A DNA stretch of 64,000 bases. It comes from an uncultured Chloroflexia bacterium. Its GTDB lineage: Bacteria > Chloroflexota > Limnocylindria > Limnocylindrales > CSP1-4. The stretch spans positions 352,001-416,000 of the forward strand of contig CAVVYR010000006.1 of NCBI GenBank assembly GCA_963752475.1. The letters are read 5' to 3'. The notes under the pieces are model-generated. The model was given only the letters and a program-made list of their open reading frames with translations, was not told the origin of the DNA and did no database searches. The position numbers were made by a program, and so were the translations under genes. Below are positions 51,315-59,220 of this stretch, piece by piece; positions within the stretch are counted from its first letter, which is position 1, and each line of letters begins with the position of its first letter.

Positions 51315-53045
51315 CTAGTTCAGCTGGATGAGCGAACCATCCACATCCACGATTCCGCTCGACTTGAGCTTCACGCCGGCGCTGCCCTCGAGTTCCAGGT
51401 TGGCTCCCGCCTTGATGGCGATGTCCAGGTCGGACTCGATCTCGAGCTTGCCTCCCGAGGTGATGCTGATGGACCCATCGCTGTGCATCGTGATGGCGCT
51501 TTCGGACTGCTTGAGGGCGAAGCGCAGACTGTCGTCGCCGCTCAGCAGACACACGCCGGACCTGCTGCTCGAGTCCAGGAAGACGATGCGGTGGCCTTCT
51601 CTGGACACGAGGCCGCGCCGGGTGACCGCGCCGTTGTCGAAGAGATCGCCCCCACCGAGCCGCGGCTTGTCCTGTCCGTTGTACAACCCGCCGACGACGT
51701 ACGGGCGACGGACATCGCCGGCCTCGAAGACGACCAGCACCTCGTCGTTGACCTCCGGCAGGATCACGGCGCCCCGTTCGGGCCCCGCTCCGGCCTGTAC
51801 GACACGCGCCCAGTCGCTCTCGTAGTCGTCATCGAGCGAGGGGAACTTCAACTTGACGCGTCCAAGCTCCAGAGGGTCGGCGTTATCGGTCACGAGCGCG
51901 ACCATCACACCGTTGCGGCCCGGCTCCTGTACGCCGCCCGGCCCACCGCCTGCCCCGCTCGTGGCAAGGCCCAGCAGCGAGCGGTCCTGACGACCGGAGA
52001 CCAGGAACTCGGTACGGTAGCCCTCGTCATCGAAGACGTGCCGCGTGCGGGTCAGCGTATAGCGTCCGGCGAAGGCCTCAGCAACGCCGCTGACACTGAC
52101 CGCCACACCGGCCTTGAGCTCCGGGTGTCCATGGGCGGTGCCCTCGGCCTCGGCGAAGCTCGAGGCCAAGCGTTCAGCCTCAGCCGTGGCCGCGTCGTCG
52201 GCCGCCGTTTGCGCCGCAACGGGGCTGGCGGCCACGACGGAGCGACCGTTGCCGGCGACGCTCGCGAGTCGGTCGGGCTTGTCCTTCAGCTCGGCGCTGC
52301 GTGTGGCGGCTGGGGCAGTGCCGACGATGGGCTCCTTCTTCTCCACGTCCCAGCCACGTACTTCGACCTCACGCACCTGCTGGGCCGCGGTCACCCTCGG
52401 GTAGAAGCTGAGCAGGCTCGTGCCCATCACCAGCTGCAGCGGGTCGCTGGCGCGGTAGTCGCCCTCGCCGGGGGCCTCGGAGGCCTCGGGCGGCCGCTTG
52501 AAGTAGAACTTGCCATCCAGGACGCCCATGTCGAAACCGATCTCGCGGGCACGGGAGACGAGGAAATCCCAGTCGCTGAGATTGGCCTGAGAGATGTGCT
52601 CGTGCGTCGTGCCCGTCTCGTCGACCTGGCCTATCTCCACGCCGGCACGCTCTGCGATGGCGCGGCCGATGTCCGCATCTGTCACGTCGCGGTAGGTCTC
52701 CGTCCGCTTGCCGGCGACGAAGCGATGAGAGTGGTCGTAGCCACGAACGACGATGCGTGAGCCATCGAACTGGTACTCGCCCTCAAGCGCGGTGACCTCG
52801 CCGTTGATAAGCAGACCCTCGGAAGCCTCACCCGTCGGTGCACCAGAGATCCGCAGCACGCTGCCGATGCTGATGCGCGTCTTGGATAGCACGTCGCGGT
52901 CGGCGTCCCGGAAGGTGATGGCGAACATGTCAGGCAAATGGAGGTGGTCGTCGATGACCACGCGCTCCAGTGTCGGCAGCACCTCCTGCGCCAACGGCGT
53001 CCCGTCTACGGTGATGCTGGGTGCCGAGGAGAGGTCTCTGCTCAT
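51315..53045 (-). CDS. VgrG/gp27-gp5 spike protein
   Basis: Q...SDWDFL..RA, DP..LGRVK..FP, WAR, PEV.DEVLV.F..GD...PYV.G, beta-helix C-terminus. Confidence 0.95.
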   Translation of the reverse strand: MSRDLSSAPSITVDGTPLAQEVLPTLERVVIDDHLHLPDMFAITFRDADRDVLSKTRISIGSVLRISGAPTGEASEGLLINGEVTALEGEYQFDGSRIVVRGYDHSHRFVAGKRTETYRDVTDADIGRAIAERAGVEIGQVDETGTTHEHISQANLSDWDFLVSRAREIGFDMGVLDGKFYFKRPPEASEAPGEGDYRASDPLQLVMGTSLLSFYPRVTAAQQVREVEVRGWDVEKKEPIVGTAPAATRSAELKDKPDRLASVAGNGRSVVAASPVAAQTAADDAATAEAERLASSFAEAEGTAHGHPELKAGVAVSVSGVAEAFAGRYTLTRTRHVFDDEGYRTEFLVSGRQDRSLLGLATSGAGGGPGGVQEPGRNGVMVALVTDNADPLELGRVKLKFPSLDDDYESDWARVVQAGAGPERGAVILPEVNDEVLVVFEAGDVRRPYVVGGLYNGQDKPRLGGGDLFDNGAVTRRGLVSREGHRIVFLDSSSRSGVCLLSGDDSLRFALKQSESAITMHSDGSISITSGGKLEIESDLDIAIKAGANLELEGSAGVKLKSSGIVDVDGSLIQLN

Positions 53046-53055
53046 GCTCCACCTC

Positions 53056-53766
53056 TCACGACCCACCTCCGGCCAGCCGCACCGCCTCCGGGGTGGTGGG
53101 GATGAGCAACTCGCTTCCCGGCGACACGCGCATGGGGTCGTCGATGTCGTTGAAGACGGCGAGTCCGCGCCACAGTGCCGGTTGTCCGTACTCCTCGTAG
53201 GCGATCGACTGCAGCGTCTCCCCTTCGGTCACGACATGCGCTCGCCGACCCTCGCGGGAGCCGGAAGTTGGGTTCTGGCCCTGCGTCCCGGCGTCGTACT
53301 CCTCGAGCGTGATGTTGGCCGTGGCCCGGACGGGCGTGCCGTCGACACGGAACATCGTGTACTTGGCCTGCACGGACTTGAGGAAGCCCATGAACGACTG
53401 CAGCACCAGGTTCTTGCCCCACACGAAACGGAGTAGTGGCGGTCGCCCTCGCTTCTGGCGACGGGAGGACTCGGTCGGCTGGGTCCACGAGAGCAAGGTC
53501 CTGATGTCCCCAGAGACATCACCCCCTTGCTCCTCGAACGCGTCGAGGAAGATCTCCATGCTGATCGTCGTTGGGTCGCTGCCGGTGAACTCGGCCGGGC
53601 CTGCCGACTCCGCGCCTTGCGCCGCCGTTCGGCTCCACCGTGCGGACTTGCTCACGCTGTACTCGCTGGGGTTATAGCGGAACTTGAGGAACGTGGGGCG
53701 AGCGGTGCCCTCAACCACGGTCAAGCTCGCCTTGGGTAGCGTCGTGCCACTGATGCTCGGTCCCAT
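53056..53766 (-). CDS. CIS tube initiator with LysM domain (Afp7-like)
   Basis: F.YNP, PP...FVWG, YTMF..DGTPVRA, LysM TL.SIA..EYG...WR.LA..N. Confidence 0.92.
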   Translation of the reverse strand: MGPSISGTTLPKASLTVVEGTARPTFLKFRYNPSEYSVSKSARWSRTAAQGAESAGPAEFTGSDPTTISMEIFLDAFEEQGGDVSGDIRTLLSWTQPTESSRRQKRGRPPLLRFVWGKNLVLQSFMGFLKSVQAKYTMFRVDGTPVRATANITLEEYDAGTQGQNPTSGSREGRRAHVVTEGETLQSIAYEEYGQPALWRGLAVFNDIDDPMRVSPGSELLIPTTPEAVRLAGGGS

Positions 53767-54191
53767 CAGCGTGGCTCCAGGAAGCCGTTGTGGGCCAGCT
53801 CGAGCGTCTCGGTGGCCACCTTGGCCGTGTCGATGTCGAGGTTCGGTCCGCTCCAGCGCACAGGGAACACGTCCATCAGGTCCCAGGCCGCGACCCGCGT
53901 GCCTTCCGGATCGAGTACGGCGATCTGGGCCGTTGCCCGCTTGCCGGCTGCCTCGACGCTCGCGACCCAACTCGCGACCGCGGCGGACGTAGCGTCGACC
54001 GGTCGGGTGAGCTTGATGTTCTGATACTTCGCTCGGCCGGGCAGCCGATGCACGAATTCGTTCAGCCCGCCCTCGCTGTACTCATGTACCTGGTACTCGA
54101 CTGTGAGGCCCTCGCACTTGGTCCAGTTGCCCAAGCTCGAGTGGCCGTCGATGGTGACCGTGAAACGCAGGCCGAGGGCCGGTTCAGCCAT
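53766..54191 (-). CDS. T4 gp19-like tube protein (Afp5-like)
   Basis: C.GL......Y.EGG.N...H.LPG, FPV.WSGP, ETLELAH.G. Confidence 0.93.
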   Translation of the reverse strand: MAEPALGLRFTVTIDGHSSLGNWTKCEGLTVEYQVHEYSEGGLNEFVHRLPGRAKYQNIKLTRPVDATSAAVASWVASVEAAGKRATAQIAVLDPEGTRVAAWDLMDVFPVRWSGPNLDIDTAKVATETLELAHNGFLEPR

Positions 54192-54202
54192 GTTCCCTCT
54201 CC

Positions 54203-56407
54203 CTACCGTGAGTCCACCAGGAAGCCACTGCGTTCGCGGTCCAGCAGCAGCTCGCGCCTGAGTCGATGGCGAAGCCGCTCGTACAGCCGCCGTGCCAGCT
54301 CCTCGAGATCCTCGTCGTCACCTGGCATCGCCGGGTCCGACGACGAGGCCGTGCCCGGGGTGGTGCTCTGAGCGTCGAGAGCGGCGGCCCGCTGTGGTCC
54401 CGGCGCCTTCTCGACGAGAGGGGTCGCCGGTAGTTCGAAGGAGTCGGAGCCCGCGGCCCCCGATGCTTCGACGGCGAGGGCCAGCTCCGTGGCCTGTCGG
54501 ACCTCGCTGTCGATGACGGTAGACACCCCTGTCCGCGCCTGTCGCCTCGCAGCACCAGCGACCGGCATGTCCCGGAACGAGGCACTGCGGGAGAGCTGCT
54601 CCACCAGCGACTCCGCGGACTGCGCTTCTTGTTCCAGTTGTTGCCCCGAACTCGTATGTTCGGCCGGGAGGCTGGCACCAAGACGACGCTGTTGCCCGAC
54701 GTGGACGAGCTCGTGGGCGAGAAGCGCCTGACCTCGCTGTCGGTCGAGCGGACCGTGGTGTTGCGGAAGGACGATGGTGTCACCCGACGTGAACGCATTG
54801 GCCTCAAGGCCCGCAGCCGCCTCGGCTGCTTCGGCTGAGCGGTCGATACGGACCCGGCCGGTAGGAGCACTTGGAGCGCGTTGCCCTGGCTCGGGCGTCG
54901 AAACAGCAGGACGTTCACGTGGAGCTCGTTGATGGATGGGCTCGGCCGTCCGACGCACCGATCGCTGCGCTCCAGCCCGTGGCCGACCCCGGACCGTGGC
55001 TCCCGCTGATTCGGTCGTGGCGGGCTCGGCGGGGGCACCCATGTGCGCCGCGGTTGGCAGTGGCACTGGCCGCGCTGGGTACGTGGGTGCGGCCGCATCG
55101 AGCGCCGTCGCGGCCCTGGATGTCGCCAGCGTGGGTGCGGCCACCTCCGCTGGCGGCGGCTCCCCGGCGGGTTGCTTCGCGGCCGGAGCGGCCTCGGTGC
55201 ACTCCGCCGACGACGGTGTTGCAAGTGTCCCTCCCTTGCTGTCCGCGCTCGAAGCCGGCGCAGCGATGGCTCGCTGCGGCGCGGTCTCCGGCTCCTCCGG
55301 TGTCCGTGTCGCCGGGCGCGACGGCATGCGCGATGGCGGCGAACCTGCCAACGGATCGCCCAGGCCTAGCGCGCTCGAAGCCGGCGCAGCGATGGCTCGC
55401 TGCGGCGCGGTCTCCGGCTCCTCCGGTGTCCGTGTCGCCGGGCGCGACGGCATGCGCGATGGCGGCGAACCTGCCAACGGATCGCCCAGGCCAAGTGTGC
55501 GTGTCGAGCGGGGAGCCGACCTGACCGTCCTGCGTGGGCGGCTTGCTGGTGATCCCTGCGTGGGCACGGAGCGACGAGCCAGGCCTGGGGCTGGCGCCAG
55601 GCTGCCGCCGGATGTCGATGCTGGTACCGCAGTCGGTGACTCCGGCCCGGGCCTGGGCGTGGTCGAGGTCGAAGTCGTGGTCGCGGATTCCCGCTCGGTC
55701 GTTGGTCTCCCGTCAGGCTCCTCGGACCCCGGAGCTGGTGTCGATTGTCGGCGGTCGAGCTCGATACGGCCCGGTGGTGGCGCCCCTTCAACGATGCCCG
55801 AGCGTTGCGGCAACGGGACGACCGTCATCGACTGATGTGATCGCCTGGGCTCTGGAAGGCTCGTTCGTTGCGGCGTAGTCGCAGTAGGCGCGACGTGGTT
55901 TGGCGCACTCACGCCGGGCAGGGGACGCGGCTCGAGCTGAGCGGTCGGCTCGGTGGGAGCCGAGGTCGGGCGATGGGGGCGCACCGCTGCCGTGCTGCGG
56001 CCGGTCGCACTCGCTTCGCGCGGGAGACCCGGGCCCTGGACGGAGAAGTCATCGGCCGTCGTCGATCGCGCTGAGCGCTGGCGCCGAAGGGGCCAGTCGG
56101 TACGGCCATCGAGGGTGCCATGTGGGACTGCTGCCGAGTTCCCTAGAGGGATGACCCGCTGTGCCATCGGTGTCAGGTACCTGGCGCTCTCAACGCGATC
56201 GAGGACCGGTGGCAGTCCCGGGTGACTGCTCAGTCGCTGACCGAAGGCTGGGTCTGCGGTGAGCTCCGGCGGACCACTGAGGCCGCCGGTGGGCGCGACG
56301 TCGCGCCACTCCGAACGCGGCGCCGGAACGGCGGCCGGCTTCTTCTGGGCGACCCGGGCGGTTGGAGACGACCGCTCATCCTTGCGCCATGGCCATCGAA
56401 GGCGCAC
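54203..56407 (-). CDS. Long Pro/Ala/Thr-rich DUF4157 protein in the tape-measure position
   Basis: ANAFT.G, LLAHELVHVGQQ; C-terminal DLEELARRLY..LR..LR.EL..DRERSG. Confidence 0.8.
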   Translation of the reverse strand: MRLRWPWRKDERSSPTARVAQKKPAAVPAPRSEWRDVAPTGGLSGPPELTADPAFGQRLSSHPGLPPVLDRVESARYLTPMAQRVIPLGNSAAVPHGTLDGRTDWPLRRQRSARSTTADDFSVQGPGLPREASATGRSTAAVRPHRPTSAPTEPTAQLEPRPLPGVSAPNHVAPTATTPQRTSLPEPRRSHQSMTVVPLPQRSGIVEGAPPPGRIELDRRQSTPAPGSEEPDGRPTTERESATTTSTSTTPRPGPESPTAVPASTSGGSLAPAPGLARRSVPTQGSPASRPRRTVRSAPRSTRTLGLGDPLAGSPPSRMPSRPATRTPEEPETAPQRAIAAPASSALGLGDPLAGSPPSRMPSRPATRTPEEPETAPQRAIAAPASSADSKGGTLATPSSAECTEAAPAAKQPAGEPPPAEVAAPTLATSRAATALDAAAPTYPARPVPLPTAAHMGAPAEPATTESAGATVRGRPRAGAQRSVRRTAEPIHQRAPRERPAVSTPEPGQRAPSAPTGRVRIDRSAEAAEAAAGLEANAFTSGDTIVLPQHHGPLDRQRGQALLAHELVHVGQQRRLGASLPAEHTSSGQQLEQEAQSAESLVEQLSRSASFRDMPVAGAARRQARTGVSTVIDSEVRQATELALAVEASGAAGSDSFELPATPLVEKAPGPQRAAALDAQSTTPGTASSSDPAMPGDDEDLEELARRLYERLRHRLRRELLLDRERSGFLVDSR
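55244..55495. repeat. 126-bp in-frame tandem duplication (42 aa x 2)
   Basis: Units at 55244 and 55370, near-identical. Confidence 0.93.
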
Positions 56408-56410
56408 GGG

Positions 56411-56569
56411 CTAGGCCTCCTCTGAGATGCGACGATTGATCTGGGCGATCTCCTCGACGAAGCGCTGTCTGTCCGGGTGCTCCAGATCGAGGACCTCTTC
56501 GAGCGACCAGTGCATGTGGTACGAGACGTACGCGATCTCCTCGAAGAGTCGGTCGGTCGCGTACGTCAC
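56411..56569 (-). CDS. DUF6760-type small tail-assembly protein (gpT-like)
   Basis: Y..D.L.EE.AY..YH.HW.L...LDLEH..R..F..EI. Confidence 0.85.
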   Translation of the reverse strand: MTYATDRLFEEIAYVSYHMHWSLEEVLDLEHPDRQRFVEEIAQINRRISEEA

Positions 56570-56994
56570 GATTCCCCCTGGCGTTCTCCCGCGAGGTCGA
56601 TCGTGACCTCGGCACGACACGACGGGCAGGTCACCGCCAACTCGCTCGTGCCGTCCTGGTTGATGCGGCGGTAGAGGTCCTGCAGGAAGGCCAGGTCGGA
56701 GGCGAACATCGACTCGACCACGCCGGGCGTGATGGCCGGCACGCTGCCCAGACGCGTGATGACACGCGACAGCAGCAGGACCGTGAGGTACGACTCGTTC
56801 TCCCGCACGCGAGGGTCGCGCTGGGGAATGATCTCGTCCTTGGCCGTGGCCAGACGCATGACGCCCGAGCGGTGGACCGTGCCGTTCTCGTCGACGTAGC
56901 CCCGGGGGAGCACGAACGAGAACTCCGTGCGGAGGCCTTGCTGTTGGGCCTCCGCGCCGGCGCCGGGCACCATGGTCTGCAGGGCGCTCGTCAC
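56566..56994 (-). CDS. Tail assembly chaperone (gpG-like)
   Basis: TEF.F.LPRGYVD..G..H..G.MRLATA.DEI, DLAFLQD.Y..IN, CP.C. Confidence 0.88.
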   Translation of the reverse strand: MTSALQTMVPGAGAEAQQQGLRTEFSFVLPRGYVDENGTVHRSGVMRLATAKDEIIPQRDPRVRENESYLTVLLLSRVITRLGSVPAITPGVVESMFASDLAFLQDLYRRINQDGTSELAVTCPSCRAEVTIDLAGERQGES

Positions 56995-57449
56995 GAGACG
57001 CGCTCCATCTGCTCACAGACGATCGTGACCTCTTCCATGAGTACCTCATTGGATCCCGACTTCAGCGAGCTAGTGGTGAGCTTGCTGACCCAGGCGCCGT
57101 AGAAGTTGTAGCGAGAGACCTCTCCCCCCTCGAAGTCCTTGAGGACCACCGAACCCTCCTTGCGCGCGTCCTGCACGCGGCCGTCGAGCATGGCCTTGTG
57201 CCAGTCCCACAGATCCTTGGACGAGTTCTTGGCTCGCTTGAGCGTGATGGTCGGTGGCTTGGGTGCTCCTGGCAGCTTGTGGATGATGGGTTTGCCGTCG
57301 GAAGTGTTCTCCTTGAGCTCGACCACATCGACCTCGGAAGTGAGGCCGCTGACCTCGGAGAACTGGGCGATCTCGATCGAGCCGATCTCGATCGAGAAGT
57401 GCTGCGCAACGAGTGCGTCGGTCGGCAGGTTCGGTAGTCCTTTGCCCAT
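56991..57449 (-). CDS. Major tube protein (T4 gp19-like, Afp1)
   Basis: F.EVSGL, KLPG, ITLKR, RK.GS..L.D. Confidence 0.93.
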   Translation of the reverse strand: MGKGLPNLPTDALVAQHFSIEIGSIEIAQFSEVSGLTSEVDVVELKENTSDGKPIIHKLPGAPKPPTITLKRAKNSSKDLWDWHKAMLDGRVQDARKEGSVVLKDFEGGEVSRYNFYGAWVSKLTTSSLKSGSNEVLMEEVTIVCEQMERVS

Positions 57450-57501
57450 CTGGTGTGGCTCCTTTCAATCGCGTCGTCCGGGTGTGAGGAGAAGGGCGGT
57501 C

Positions 57502-59025
57502 TCACTCCGAGAGTTCAGCACCGCCCGAGTACTGGGCGATCCGGAAGACCACGAACTCTGCGGGCTTGACCGGTGCCACGCCGATCTCGACGATCAACTG
57601 CCCAGCGTCGACGACATCGGGCGGGTTCGTCTCCTCATCGCACTTGACGAAGAACGCCTCTTCGGGCGAGGCGCCGAACAGGGCCCCATCGCGCCATGTG
57701 CGGGTCAGGAAGGCGTTGATCGTCCGCTTGACGCGCATCCACAGGTCGAGGTCGTTCGGTTCGAAGACGACCCACTGGGTGCCCTCCAGGATCGACTCCT
57801 CGATGTAGTTGAAGAGCCGACGAACGTTGAGGTAGCGCCAGGCCGGATCGCTCGACAGCGTACGCGCACCCCAGACGCGGATGCCGCGTCCAGGGAAGGC
57901 CCGGATGCAGTTGATGCCGTCGGGGTTGAGCTGATCGTGCTCGCCCTTGGTGATGTTGATCTCGAGGCCCAGTGCTCCGCGCAGGATCTCGTTGGCCGGT
58001 GCCTTGTGAACGCCGCGCTCCTCGTCACTGCGCGCCCAGACGCCGGCGATATGGCCGCTCGGGGGAACGAACCGGGCCTGTCCGGCGACCGGGTCGAAGA
58101 CCTTGATCCAGGGCCAGTAGAGCGTGGCGTACTTGCTGTCGTAGCCGACCTTGTCGGTGCGCCACTCGCTGATCTGCTGAGCGTTGAGGCCTGGTGGTGC
58201 GTCAAGGACCGCCACTCGGTCTCCCATCAACTCGCAATGGGCAAGCATCGCCGTTTGCACAGCTTGCAGGCCCTCGAGGTCGATCTGACCGGCCTGGTAC
58301 ACAGCCATCAGGTCGGGTAAGGAGAGCATCGTCACCGCGTCCACTGCCTCCAGACCGGAGAAGCCAGTGCGATCCGCGGAATCCCCCACGTAGTCATCTG
58401 GCGTCAGCGTCGCCGGTCTCGCGACTTCCGAGCCGCCCAGCGCCTGAACGCCCTTGGCTGGGGCACGTTCGAGGCTGGCTGGGCCGACCTCTGTGATCAT
58501 GATGAGCTTCGACTCGGCCTTGACCTTGGTCACGACCGATTCCTTGCCCTTCCTGATGGTGACGTTGTCGTAGATCTCGTCAGGCTTGCCTGGCGCGCGC
58601 ACGACCAGTTTGAACGCGTCCTCCGATGGCTCGCTGGCGTCGCTGACCTCCACACGGATCTGGTTGCCCGCGGTCCCTGCCTCAAGGGCGGTGACACGGT
58701 AACCCGCGACCGACTTGTCCTTGGCCGTTGGCAGCTCGGCCCTGGCGGCCGTCGGGGGTTGCTCGCCGCCGACACGCACGACATAACAGCTACCGCCGCC
58801 ATTGAGGAAGTAGCCATACACGGCGTGTGCGAGGTACGTCCCGTCCATGAACTCGCCGAACGTCTGCGTGAACTGGCTCCAATTGGCGATGAGCATGGGC
58901 TCGTTGACCGGGCCGTCCTCGGCGAGCCCGACGAAGGCCGCTACCGACGTGCCCACACCCTCGATGGGCCGCGCGCCGGCTTCGACCTCTTCGACGTAGA
59001 CCCCAGGTGACAGGTACGTCGGCAT
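57502..59025 (-). CDS. Contractile sheath protein
   Basis: YLSPGVYVEE, YWPW, VPPSGH, GVHKAPAN, WGARTL, YLNVRR, FEPN, KPAEF. Confidence 0.97.
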   Translation of the reverse strand: MPTYLSPGVYVEEVEAGARPIEGVGTSVAAFVGLAEDGPVNEPMLIANWSQFTQTFGEFMDGTYLAHAVYGYFLNGGGSCYVVRVGGEQPPTAARAELPTAKDKSVAGYRVTALEAGTAGNQIRVEVSDASEPSEDAFKLVVRAPGKPDEIYDNVTIRKGKESVVTKVKAESKLIMITEVGPASLERAPAKGVQALGGSEVARPATLTPDDYVGDSADRTGFSGLEAVDAVTMLSLPDLMAVYQAGQIDLEGLQAVQTAMLAHCELMGDRVAVLDAPPGLNAQQISEWRTDKVGYDSKYATLYWPWIKVFDPVAGQARFVPPSGHIAGVWARSDEERGVHKAPANEILRGALGLEINITKGEHDQLNPDGINCIRAFPGRGIRVWGARTLSSDPAWRYLNVRRLFNYIEESILEGTQWVVFEPNDLDLWMRVKRTINAFLTRTWRDGALFGASPEEAFFVKCDEETNPPDVVDAGQLIVEIGVAPVKPAEFVVFRIAQYSGGAELSE

Positions 59026-59220
59026 CCCTACGATCCTCCAACTCAGACATGCCCGCTGAGACGGGCACTTGTCGGCTCTCAGGCTCGCAGCCTTGCCCTG
59101 CGACGCCTAGGGACGAGGGGGCGACCAGCGGGGCACGGCAGGTTGCCCGATGAGGTAGCAGGCGACTGGACGAGGCTCGCTATGCTGGTCGTACCTTTCT
59201 GCGCAAGTGGGGCAGGGACC

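Noticed and set aside
46867-59025. Prophage or T6SS
   Set aside because: No capsid, terminase or portal genes and no TssJLM/ClpV/TssK; gp19-type tubes, LysM initiator and Pvc16 indicate a CIS.
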